Counted from the stretch's first letter, positions 1 to 7,784 are shown. The stretch is 15,758 nt of DNA from Candidatus Subterrananammoxibius californiae (GCA_030586555.1 JAURAC010000048.1:1-15758); one strand, 5' to 3'. Notes: a model not told the origin generated them from the letters alone. Numbers and translations are program-made.

Positions 1-336
1 CTTATATTAGAAATCTTCTTGCAATTTTACCGAGATGCGCTGTTATTTAAAACCCTGTCCTCTGTTTGTCATCCCGAACTTGTTTCGGGACCTAAAAATG
101 AAGCAAAGGCGGGGTTTCCTGAAACAAGTTCAGGACAGGGTCTTGAGGATATTCCATTATATAACCAGCATAAGAAGGATATGTTAAAATCCTTATGTAG
201 TAATCTCAACAAGGTAGGTATAATTGATATAATTGGACACATAACAACCTCGATTGAGTACTTAAATGCTAACGTAAATGTGAATCTGGTGTTTGAGAAT
301 CTTCTTGCAAAGATTGCCCTAAAGGGCAGGGAATAG
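1..336 (+). CDS. holB: DNA polymerase III delta' subunit, C-terminal part (5'-truncated by window edge)
   Basis: Frame 1 is open from base 1 (LILEIFLQFYRDALLFK...). The motifs FYRDxL...LYN...I..I...L..NVNxxLxFENLL match the HolB C-terminal pattern. Carries a ~30-aa palindrome-encoded insert. Confidence 0.7.
   Translation, partial: LILEIFLQFYRDALLFKTLSSVCHPELVSGPKNEAKAGFPETSSGQGLEDIPLYNQHKKDMLKSLCSNLNKVGIIDIIGHITTSIEYLNANVNVNLVFENLLAKIALKGRE
52..141. repeat. Composite palindromic element in frame in holB
   Basis: Outer 9-bp IR accctgtcc (52-60) / ggacagggt (133-141). Inner 19-bp IR tcccgaacttgtttcggga (72-90) / tcctgaaacaagttcagga (117-135) with 2 mismatches; each inner arm is itself a hairpin. 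Length 90 bp = 30 codons. Confidence 0.85.
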
Positions 337-573
337 GCAATAGGGAATAGCCAATAGGCAATAGAGAAGGAGTTAAAAAATAGAGTCGCATCAGGAACTG
401 GAAGTTTGGCAGAAAGCCATCTGGAGACACATCTGATAATATCAAAGAATTTGAACTACATAAACAGCCGAACTTTGGAGGTAATTTTACAAAAGACTCA
501 AGAGATAAACAAGATGCTCAATGCCTTGATAAACAGCCTGAGCAAGACCAGATGACCTTATTGGCTATTCCCT
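330..573. mobile_element. Heptamer inverted-repeat element enclosing a four-helix-bundle gene remnant
   Basis: Five tandem SSAATAG heptamers at 330-364. Perfect 15-bp IR agggaatagccaata (342-356) / tattggctattccct (559-573). Mobility is inferred. Confidence 0.6.
377..555 (+). pseudogene. Four helix bundle protein (23S rRNA IVS-protein-like), internally deleted
   Basis: 377-420 reads KIESHQELEVWQKA (family N-terminus). After a frame change, 421-555 reads LETHLIISKNLNYINSRTLEVILQKTQEINKMLNALINSLSKTR* (family C-terminus). The central region is absent. SD aaggag at 367-372 but no in-frame start codon. Confidence 0.8.
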
Positions 574-579
574 TCTTCT

Positions 580-2415
580 TTACTCCACGGTCACGCTCTT
601 GGCAAGGTTGCGTGGTTTGTCTACATCGCAACCCCTTATAACAGCCATGTGGTAGGCAAGAAGTTGCAATGGGATGACGGATAAGATGGGGGTAAGCACT
701 TCGAGGGTGTTTGGTATGTAAAACACATGGTCCACCTTCTTCTGAATCATGCTGTCTCCTTCTGAGGCAATTGCAATTACCTTTCCACCTCTTGCCCTTA
801 CTTCTTGAATGTTTGAAAGTATCTTCTCGTACGTACTATCCTTTGTAGCTATAAATACTACGGGCATATTCCTGTCAATTAACGCAATAGGTCCGTGCTT
901 CATTTCCGCAGCGGGGTAGCCTTCTGCGTGAATATAAGAAATTTCCTTTAACTTTAGGGCGCCCTCAAGCGCTACGGGGAAATTATATCCCCGTCCAAGA
1001 TATATGAAATTGGAGTTGTTACTGTAGAGTTTCGCCAATTCGTAGATTTCGGCTTCTTTGCCCAGAATCTTCTGCACCAAATCAGGTAACTTCTTTAGTT
1101 CACTTACCATTTCAATATTTTTAGCCGTGGATACGTTTTTCAGGCTACCTAAGAAAATTGTAAGAAGGTAGAGAACTGCTATCTGGGATGTAAATGCTTT
1201 TGTTGATGCAACGCCTATCTCTGGACCTGCGTGAAGATAAACGGCTGCGTCTGATTCCCTTGCAAGCGTGCTTCCCACCACGTTGCATATTGCGATTGTC
1301 ATTGCGCCCCTGCGTTTTGCTTCTCGCAGGGCGGCAAGGGTATCGGCAGTTTCCCCCGATTGGCTTATGGCTATTACGACCGTTCCAGCCTCAATGACAG
1401 GATTTCTGTACCTGAATTCTGATGCGTACTCAACCTCTGTTGGGATTCGACTGAGGTCTTCTATCATGTATTCTCCGATTAGGGCTGAATGCCATGATGT
1501 GCCACAGGCGACAATTACGATGCGCTTTGTATTGCGCAGCACTTCGTGTTTTCCCATTAGCTCCTTTAGTCGTACGCAACCACTAATGTCGTCGAGTCTT
1601 TCCATCATGGCATTCCTCAGTGATTCGGGTTGTTCGTGAATCTCCTTCAACATGAAATGATTATATCCACCTTTTTCAATCATTTCAGCATCCCAGAGAA
1701 TTTCCTCTATCTTTTTGTGAATAGGAATGCTGTCAAAGGTCATAATGGAAAGGTTATCCCTTGTTAAGACTGCCATTTCATTATCATCAAGATATATGAC
1801 CTTTTTAGTATGCTGGAGCATTGCCGTTATGTCCGAGGTAATGAAGTATTCTTCCTGTCCAATGCCTATCGCAAGCGGACTTCCCCTCCTTGCGGCAACA
1901 ATCTTATTAGGGTCTCTTGAGCTAATGACGGCTATACCATAAGTGCCCCGGGCACTCTTCAAGGCTTTACCAACTGCGTACTCTAAGTCCGCCTTAGGCG
2001 GATTAAAATATTTTTCAATCAGGTGAGATAAAACTTCGGTATCAGTTTCACTTCTAAAGACATGACCTTCTTTTTCTAACTGTGCCTTCAATAAATCGTG
2101 GTTTTCAATGATTCCGTTATGAACTACGGCAATCGAGTTGTTACAGTCTATAAGTGGGTGTGCATTTTCAAGGGTGGGTGCGCCGTGCGTTGCCCAACGG
2201 GTGTGGACTATTCCATAAGTACCTTTTGAAAACCGCCCACTTATCTTTTCTTCTAAGGCGGTAATTCGTCCTACCGACACCTCCGACTCAAGGGTATTAT
2301 TTTCTATTAAGGCAATCCCCGCCGAATCGTATCCACGATATTCAAGCCTTTTTATCCCTTCAACAAGGATTGGCTTTGCAACCCTGTTTCCAATATAACC
2401 AACTATTCCACACAT
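580..2415 (-). CDS. glmS: Glutamine--fructose-6-phosphate aminotransferase (isomerizing)
   Basis: MCGIVG N-terminus (catalytic Cys), LEYRGYDSAG, HTRWATHG, SQSGETADT, and C-terminal PRNLAKSVTVE. Start moved from 2436 to 2415 because the Cys must follow the initiator Met. Confidence 0.98.
   Translation of the reverse strand: MCGIVGYIGNRVAKPILVEGIKRLEYRGYDSAGIALIENNTLESEVSVGRITALEEKISGRFSKGTYGIVHTRWATHGAPTLENAHPLIDCNNSIAVVHNGIIENHDLLKAQLEKEGHVFRSETDTEVLSHLIEKYFNPPKADLEYAVGKALKSARGTYGIAVISSRDPNKIVAARRGSPLAIGIGQEEYFITSDITAMLQHTKKVIYLDDNEMAVLTRDNLSIMTFDSIPIHKKIEEILWDAEMIEKGGYNHFMLKEIHEQPESLRNAMMERLDDISGCVRLKELMGKHEVLRNTKRIVIVACGTSWHSALIGEYMIEDLSRIPTEVEYASEFRYRNPVIEAGTVVIAISQSGETADTLAALREAKRRGAMTIAICNVVGSTLARESDAAVYLHAGPEIGVASTKAFTSQIAVLYLLTIFLGSLKNVSTAKNIEMVSELKKLPDLVQKILGKEAEIYELAKLYSNNSNFIYLGRGYNFPVALEGALKLKEISYIHAEGYPAAEMKHGPIALIDRNMPVVFIATKDSTYEKILSNIQEVRARGGKVIAIASEGDSMIQKKVDHVFYIPNTLEVLTPILSVIPLQLLAYHMAVIRGCDVDKPRNLAKSVTVE
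1986..2004. repeat. Mini-palindrome (AATCCGCCTAAGGCGGA family) in frame in glmS
   Basis: agtccgcc-tta-ggcggatt, encoding NPPKAD. Related copies at 7727-7744, 8056-8073, 15056-15074 and 15189-15206. Confidence 0.75.
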
Positions 2416-2422
2416 AAATATC

Positions 2423-2575
2423 AGCTCATAGTTCATAGCTCATAGTTCATGGTAAAACTCCAAATCCCAAATCCAATAAAATCCCAATCTCCAATATCCA
2501 AATCTTTGGTAATTGGTAATTGGAAATTAATTGGGATTTTGATATTGAGATTTGGAATTTAATCAGCTATGAGCT
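2423..2575. repeat. Nested inverted heptamer-type repeat arrays in the glmS 5' region
   Basis: Outer AGYTCAT x4 (2423-2450) pairs with agctatgagct (2565-2575). Inner CCAAAT-rich / ATTTGG-rich arms (~2455-2560) include aaaatcccaat (2478-2488) / attgggatttt (2530-2540). Confidence 0.85.
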
Positions 2576-2588
2576 AATTTATTATTAC

Positions 2589-2617
2589 ATTCAAGCACAA
2601 TTTTCTTAATATGTCAA
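2589..2617 (-). promoter_or_regulatory. Putative sigma70 promoter for glmS
   Basis: Minus strand TTGACA-17 nt-TTGAAT, with TG preceding the -10 box. Confidence 0.45.
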
Positions 2618-3007
2618 AAAGAAATCCTGACCAAAGATTCTGGATTCGCTAAATGCCGTGTCGTTTACAATTTAGTTATCCATTTATTGTCAGAGTCTAA
2701 CTGTATCCTTAGTCTGATAAATTATCTTACGTTTATATAAGCACTATCATCTTTTTATTATATTTTCTGTAAGGGTTGGTATAATGAGTACTTAAGTCCT
2801 GAAGAAAGTCTTTTATTACTACGTTTGCATGATATTTACATAAATAAGTTCTTAGAGAAAACATAAAATGACATCTATATGATAACTTTATAGCACATTA
2901 TAAATGGGGTGTTGTGCATTTTTGGACATATTTACTTCTTTATCTTTTAATAAGGCACAGTATTTGTTATTATAGGTAAGCAATTTTATGAAAGGGAAGT
3001 TAAGACG

Positions 3008-3679
3008 ATGGAACCTATTGGAGAAGAAAAAGACGGCATGCATGATGCGGATAATTTGAAAAAACTTTATAAGGCTCAAGAACATGCATCCTTAGAGGTC
3101 TTATATTCTCTTGCAGATGCTGTTGATGCAAGGAACGCATATACCACAGGTCATTCTAAGCAGGTTACGGTATGCGCCACAAATATTGCCAGAGTTATGG
3201 GGCTTAAAAAGAAGGAACTCGATGCCATCAAGCTCTGTGGACCACTACATGATATTGGAAAGATTGCCGTTAAGGAAGCGATAATCGGCAAACCAGGAAA
3301 ATTAAGTGAAGATGAGTTTTCACAGATTAAAATTCATCCTTTAAAAGGGTACAGAATAATCGAAGGATTGGATTTTCTCGGTGAGGCACGCTTGCTTGCC
3401 CTGCACCATCACGAACGATTTGATGGAAAGGGTTATCCTTACGGTTTAAAAGGGGAAGAGATACCATTAGGCGCACGCATACTTGCCACAGCCGATGCTA
3501 TAGATGCAATGACCTCCGATAGGCCTTATCGGAAGGCGCTGGATATTGATATGGTTTTAATGGAATTAGATACGTGCTCTGGTACCCAATTTGACCCAAA
3601 GGTAGTAAATACGCTGTTGAAAAGAGTAGAACAGAAGCCAGAAATTTTTTACGGGATAATAAAGCCAAAAGATATTTAG
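3008..3679 (+). CDS. HD-GYP domain protein (putative cyclic dinucleotide phosphodiesterase), stand-alone
   Basis: T-G-H-S, LHDIGK, IHP, HHHERFDGKGYPYGL, ADAIDAMTSDRPYR motifs. Confidence 0.93.
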   Translation: MEPIGEEKDGMHDADNLKKLYKAQEHASLEVLYSLADAVDARNAYTTGHSKQVTVCATNIARVMGLKKKELDAIKLCGPLHDIGKIAVKEAIIGKPGKLSEDEFSQIKIHPLKGYRIIEGLDFLGEARLLALHHHERFDGKGYPYGLKGEEIPLGARILATADAIDAMTSDRPYRKALDIDMVLMELDTCSGTQFDPKVVNTLLKRVEQKPEIFYGIIKPKDI

Positions 3680-3743
3680 TTCATGGCTGATAGCTCATAG
3701 CTGATAGTACGTACATGTACTATGAACTACGAGCTATGAACTA
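3677..3743. terminator. Inverted AGCTCAT-family heptamer array between convergent genes; possible bidirectional terminator
   Basis: tagttca-tggctga-tagctca-tagctga-tagtac ... gtacta-tgaacta-cgagcta-tgaacta. The repeat structure is clear; the terminator role is inferred from position (no U-tract). Confidence 0.5.
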
Positions 3744-4868
3744 ACTTGCCATTTCAACATTTGCCCTGGGAATTACAGCGCTTGATGAATCGGAGAATTC
3801 AACCTCCAATACCCTCACTTTCGATTCTGTCTCAATCTGCTGAGGCTCTGAGGGAAGCGCCTTCACCTTTCCAATCCTGCCGAAGAAGGGTTCCCTTATT
3901 ACCCTGACAACGTCGCCTGCTTTGAGTCCTCCTCTTTCCTCTTCAATCTGTGTTTCAGAATATGCAACTTTTTCCAAGGCATAGGGAATGATTATTTCTG
4001 GCCTTACAACCCCCGCCCTTATCTGGGTTGCGCCATTAACGGATGCCTTAGAGCCAGCGCGCGATTTCAAGAGTTCAAACGTTTTATGCGCCATGCCGAT
4101 TTGTCCAAAGCCCTCCGTGATTATAAGTGTAATGCCAATATTCTCAGAACCAGTGATAGCCACACCGAGGTCATATCCTAATAGCTCTTTGAGGTCTTCG
4201 TCATAAAGACCGCCAGCAATTATAGCCTTAACACCTGTTTTTCTCGCCTTCTCAATTGTGTCACGTCGAACAAGAGAGCCACCAACAATTATCTTATCCT
4301 TTAATTTTTCCGTAATTTTGTCTGGATTCAATACCTCATCCGGTGAATCTACAGTAATTACTAATTCACCCGTTGCCTCACCGCCAACCCCGAAAATCCC
4401 CTGAACGAAGGTGGCAAACGATTCCATCGCCACACCTTCGTTCGTGATAACCTCGATGACCTTGCCATCAATATAGGCACGCACCTCCACAGGCCTTGGA
4501 GGTTCACGAAAAAGTACCTGTCCGGTGACGGTAGAGATACTTTCCACCGTCCCTGTGATAGGAGATGTACAAACAGTGCCAAACCACTTCAGGAATGATT
4601 TCGCTTCAGCTATTGGCTCATCCTTTTTAACAGGGTCGCCTTCTTTTTTCAACATGTAGTTTCTTAGCTCTTGAGGCTGAATGCCCAGTTTATTAACAAC
4701 ATTCGTTGAATGAACCTTGCCCGGCAATTCTGTCCTTGCTACGATATCCTCAGCCTTCAGAACATTCCCCTTATTGACAAGGACGTTCCCCTTCAAAGGC
4801 AATACCCGCCTTTTTTGTATTACCGTCTTCTCTGCAACCCGAAGACCCGGTGTATATGCATGTGTCAT
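3741..4868 (-). CDS. Conserved hypothetical protein of GlmL-like operons (barrel-sandwich-hybrid-like repeats, C-terminal KOW-like motif)
   Basis: 375 aa from MTHAYTPG. Contains G.VLV..G..(L/V)...(D/E).(I/V)A and SPITGTVE segments, and C-terminal GDVVRVIREPFFGRIGKV. The ORF-track extension to 4925 runs through a REP-like palindrome. Confidence 0.75.
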   Translation of the reverse strand: MTHAYTPGLRVAEKTVIQKRRVLPLKGNVLVNKGNVLKAEDIVARTELPGKVHSTNVVNKLGIQPQELRNYMLKKEGDPVKKDEPIAEAKSFLKWFGTVCTSPITGTVESISTVTGQVLFREPPRPVEVRAYIDGKVIEVITNEGVAMESFATFVQGIFGVGGEATGELVITVDSPDEVLNPDKITEKLKDKIIVGGSLVRRDTIEKARKTGVKAIIAGGLYDEDLKELLGYDLGVAITGSENIGITLIITEGFGQIGMAHKTFELLKSRAGSKASVNGATQIRAGVVRPEIIIPYALEKVAYSETQIEEERGGLKAGDVVRVIREPFFGRIGKVKALPSEPQQIETESKVRVLEVEFSDSSSAVIPRANVEMAS

Positions 4869-4882
4869 TGTTGTAAACCGTA

Positions 4883-4907
4883 GTAGGGGCAAACGGCGTT
4901 TGCCCTG
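4883..4907. repeat. GTAG-type REP-like palindrome
   Basis: GTAG followed by the stem gggcaaac-ggc-gtttgccc. Confidence 0.7.
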
Positions 4908-4926
4908 AATTTGAATAGAACACACA

Positions 4927-5283
4927 CTAAACCATCAACATCTTCATCGGTTCTAATGTTCTCTTAAAAGGGTTAAAAACTAATCCTAAGATTTCTAAGG
5001 TTACTACACCCAAAACAGGCTCGTCATCCCTTTCTCCTAAGATAACCGGAGTAAATCCATTTCCTTGAGGCAATTCTATGAAGCACTCCGAAACCTTCCT
5101 TTTAACCTTTGTTCCGTCTGCAAGAATAAACTTTACTTCCCTTTTAGGTTTTAAATTTAAATCTTTCCATACTTTTAAAGGGAGAAGTGTATAAGTTGCC
5201 CCACTATCAATGAGAAATTCCACTGCTCTTTCCTTGCTTTGGGAAATATCTTTGACTGCTCCTTTAATGTAACTTATACCCAT
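4927..5283 (-). CDS. Clan AA (retropepsin-like) aspartic protease, small single-domain
   Basis: FLIDSGATYTLLP catalytic motif and PVLGVVTLEILG; 118 aa; AGGA SD upstream. Confidence 0.88.
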   Translation of the reverse strand: MGISYIKGAVKDISQSKERAVEFLIDSGATYTLLPLKVWKDLNLKPKREVKFILADGTKVKRKVSECFIELPQGNGFTPVILGERDDEPVLGVVTLEILGLVFNPFKRTLEPMKMLMV

Positions 5284-5288
5284 TTCAT

Positions 5289-5333
5289 AGTCCTTTCTGT
5301 AACCTGAAAACCAGGTGTATGCGCCTGAGCCAT
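5289..5333 (-). pseudogene. Diverged duplicate of the 5' end of the 3741..4868 gene
   Basis: Reads MAQAHTPGFQVTERT versus MTHAYTPGLRVAEKT; 33/45 nt identical by manual ungapped alignment. Confidence 0.8.
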
Positions 5334-5383
5334 AATGTAAATCCCAAACTCAAATTAATCTTTGCCTATCTCCGTTCCCATAC

Positions 5384-5443
5384 TGAGCAATGAGAAAAAG
5401 ATTTTTCACTCATTGCTTAGAACTCATTGCTCATTGCTTATTG
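5384..5443. repeat. Inverted CTCATTG-family heptamer array
   Basis: tgagcaatgag (5384-5394) is complementary to ctcattgctca (5423-5433) and nearly so to ctcattgctta (5409-5419). Abuts the glmL-like stop codon. Confidence 0.8.
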
Positions 5444-7261
5444 TTATTCCGGATACGCATCCATTGCTTTAGCCCACTTCAATATCTGGGTTGACGCCTC
5501 GTTCCCACGCTCAGCGTGGGAACGAGTGGAGCGCTCTGCAAAGGTAATCGGCCTGCCCCGTGTATCAATTACGAGTCCAACTACGCCGCCCCAGACCTTT
5601 TGCTTGATTGCCTTGCCTTTGCCTTCTCCGAGGTCAAATAGTTTGGTAGGGGTTACCTCAATCTCTGCCTCCTGACCATCTGCAAGCGAATATAGTTTTA
5701 ATTCACCATAAGGAAGCGCATCTTCTATTACCTTCCCATCGGGCATAGTTATTTTGTAGTTGATGCACTTATCGCCTGATTTTCCAGTATTTGTAAGGGA
5801 AACACAAGCGCCAAGATTTATCAAACAATCCTTTTCAAAGACCTCCGTAGCTGCCCTTTGATTTACGCTGGAGAGTACGCCTAAATGGGGCATCATGAAG
5901 ATACTGTCCACAGTGAGCCTCGTTACGCCTTCAGGCTGGAAGGCATCTATGAGCATCATCATTGCCTGTGCCCTCCGTGGCGCATGAGATAGCACTCCGC
6001 CGCTTCCGACAATAATGTTTAGTTTAAGCATATCAACCAGCGACTCTTCTTCTGTGGCCTCGGCAAACGCCTCTGAAATATCCCTTTCCTTCTGGACACC
6101 CTTAAGACCTACCGCAAGGGATTTATGCTGTTCAAATGCGAGCCTGAGCGCCTCCCTCGAAAGGGCTTGTTCGATCTTTAATTCATCGAGCGTTTGGGGT
6201 ATGGTGGTGGGACGAATCATCTTGTTCTTTATCCTGTTACGAAGGTCTGCTTCATCGATATCAAAGGGAACCCACCTCATTATATTATCAATGCCCGCCT
6301 CTGCCAGCACGTTTGATACGCTGTAGCTCAGACCTAAGTTTGCGCTTACGGTACGATTAAAAGTTCCATCAAACACAGAGAAGACGTCTGTCGTTGCCCC
6401 GCCAATATCAACACCAACAACGTTTATATTGTTCTTCCTCGCAATCTCCTGCATTATAACGCCAACGGCGGCAGGGGTTGGCATTATGGGTGCGCCTGTC
6501 CATGACATAAGCGTTTTATAACCGGGCGCATGCATCATCACATGTTCAAGGAAGAGTTCTTGAATCTTCTGTCTCGCAGGAAACAGGTTTTCTCTTTCGA
6601 GTACAGGACGGATGTTATCGGTAATACAAAGCGCCGTCTTTTCCTCTAATACCCTTTTTATCTCCTCACGGGCCTCCTTGTTTCCTGCATATATAACAGG
6701 GAGCTTGAACGTCATGCCGAGCCTTGCCGTGGGGTTTGCCGCAGCTATGTATTCGGCAAGCTCTACAACATGGGTTTTAGTGCCACCATCCGTGCCACCT
6801 GAGAGGAGAATCATATCGGGGCGATGCTGTCGAATCAGTTCCATCTTTTCATGTGGAAGCCTCTGGTCGTTTGAAGCGATGACATCCGTTACGATAGCGC
6901 CTGCGCCTAAGGCTGCCCGCTGAGCGCTTTGGGCAGTCATTGTCTTAACTGCTCCAGCAACCATCATCTGAAGACCACCGCCAGCGCTGCTTGTGGAGAC
7001 GTAAATATCAACCCCAACATTGCCCTTTGCAGGCATAATAATCCTTTCGCCGTCCAGTATCTTTCTGCCGGATAATTCCTCGACCTCTGCAAAAGCATTG
7101 AGCACGCCCCTTGTAACATCCTCAAACGGCGCCTCAACAGTGGTAGGCGCTTCACCCCTATACGTCTGGCGGTACTCATTACCCTTCTTCTCAATGAGTA
7201 TTGCCTTTGTCGTTGTGCTTCCACAATCTGTTGCAATGATTACGTTCAATTCATCAGCCAT
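5444..7261 (-). CDS. GlmL/MutL-like (glutamate mutase L family) ASKHA-fold ATPase with C-terminal extension
   Basis: Two actin-like phosphate motifs, TDCGSTTTK and VDIGGATTDVFS, plus SSAGGGL, LSGGTDGG and MPTPAAV; 605 aa. Confidence 0.85.
   Translation of the reverse strand: MADELNVIIATDCGSTTTKAILIEKKGNEYRQTYRGEAPTTVEAPFEDVTRGVLNAFAEVEELSGRKILDGERIIMPAKGNVGVDIYVSTSSAGGGLQMMVAGAVKTMTAQSAQRAALGAGAIVTDVIASNDQRLPHEKMELIRQHRPDMILLSGGTDGGTKTHVVELAEYIAAANPTARLGMTFKLPVIYAGNKEAREEIKRVLEEKTALCITDNIRPVLERENLFPARQKIQELFLEHVMMHAPGYKTLMSWTGAPIMPTPAAVGVIMQEIARKNNINVVGVDIGGATTDVFSVFDGTFNRTVSANLGLSYSVSNVLAEAGIDNIMRWVPFDIDEADLRNRIKNKMIRPTTIPQTLDELKIEQALSREALRLAFEQHKSLAVGLKGVQKERDISEAFAEATEEESLVDMLKLNIIVGSGGVLSHAPRRAQAMMMLIDAFQPEGVTRLTVDSIFMMPHLGVLSSVNQRAATEVFEKDCLINLGACVSLTNTGKSGDKCINYKITMPDGKVIEDALPYGELKLYSLADGQEAEIEVTPTKLFDLGEGKGKAIKQKVWGGVVGLVIDTRGRPITFAERSTRSHAERGNEASTQILKWAKAMDAYPE
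5498..5526. repeat. Perfect palindrome in frame in the glmL-like gene
   Basis: ctcgttcccacgct-c-agcgtgggaacgag (14-bp arms), encoding TRSHAERGNE. Confidence 0.9.
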
Positions 7262-7377
7262 AGTTATTGCCTCTTACGATTAACGGTTAGGGTTACGAAG
7301 CCCGTTTCGACTTTCGGTTACGTCTTTCGTCTTTTTTGCCGTTGCCCTTACCGCTTGACGATACAGGCATCGTTACC

Positions 7378-7701
7378 CTAAGACGATTTTCTGATTTTTT
7401 CTATCAAGATGTCAATACTCGCCCTCTTTTCAAGGATTTGGGTAAGCCTTTCGTAGTCTTTTGGTGAAAAAAAGGTTGTTACAATTGGACGGAAGAAGAC
7501 CATCGCCTGACTCCCAATAAAATTGAGCGGCTTAACAGATTCGAGGAACATTATCGCAGGCTCAGCCATTCCACGCCTTATAACAAAGTCTGCAAGTTTT
7601 TCGACAAGGGCAAGGTCCTGCTCGTCAAGACCCTTATCCCCTTTTTCCATAGAAAAAGCATGGCTTAATCCACCTATAAAATTCCGAACTTTCCTACTCA
7701 T
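7378..7701 (-). CDS. Conserved hypothetical protein, first gene of the GlmL-like operon
   Basis: 107 aa from MSRKVRNF with PAIMFLESVKPLNFIGSQ. The alternative ATG at 7722 lies inside a repeat element; start uncertain. Confidence 0.7.
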   Translation of the reverse strand: MSRKVRNFIGGLSHAFSMEKGDKGLDEQDLALVEKLADFVIRRGMAEPAIMFLESVKPLNFIGSQAMVFFRPIVTTFFSPKDYERLTQILEKRASIDILIEKIRKSS

Positions 7702-7716
7702 GTTTAAGTACCAAAA

Positions 7717-7755
7717 TGTCATTGCGAGTCCGTCTTAGGCGGGCGTGGCAATCTC
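7717..7755. repeat. TGTCATTGCGAG...GTGGCAATCTC-type element with an internal mini-palindrome
   Basis: attgc (7721-7725) / gcaat (7748-7752) arms enclosing gtccgtcttaggcgggc, a variant of the TCCGCCTTAGGCGGA hairpin. Confidence 0.65.
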
Positions 7756-7784
7756 ATACCTATCGCTAATAGTACTTGCCATTT

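Noticed and set aside
2620..2725. c-di-GMP riboswitch upstream of the HD-GYP gene (weak hairpin ttgtcaga...tctgataa)
   Set aside because: Class I and class II consensus motifs are not recognisable; only a weak AT-rich stem.
2416..2900. glmS ribozyme upstream of glmS
   Set aside because: No AGCGCC cleavage-site/core motif is visible on the minus strand; the region is repeat array and AT-rich DNA.
580..7261. glmS + glmL as a glutamate mutase cluster
   Set aside because: Name coincidence: this glmS is glucosamine-6-phosphate synthase, not the mutase sigma subunit.
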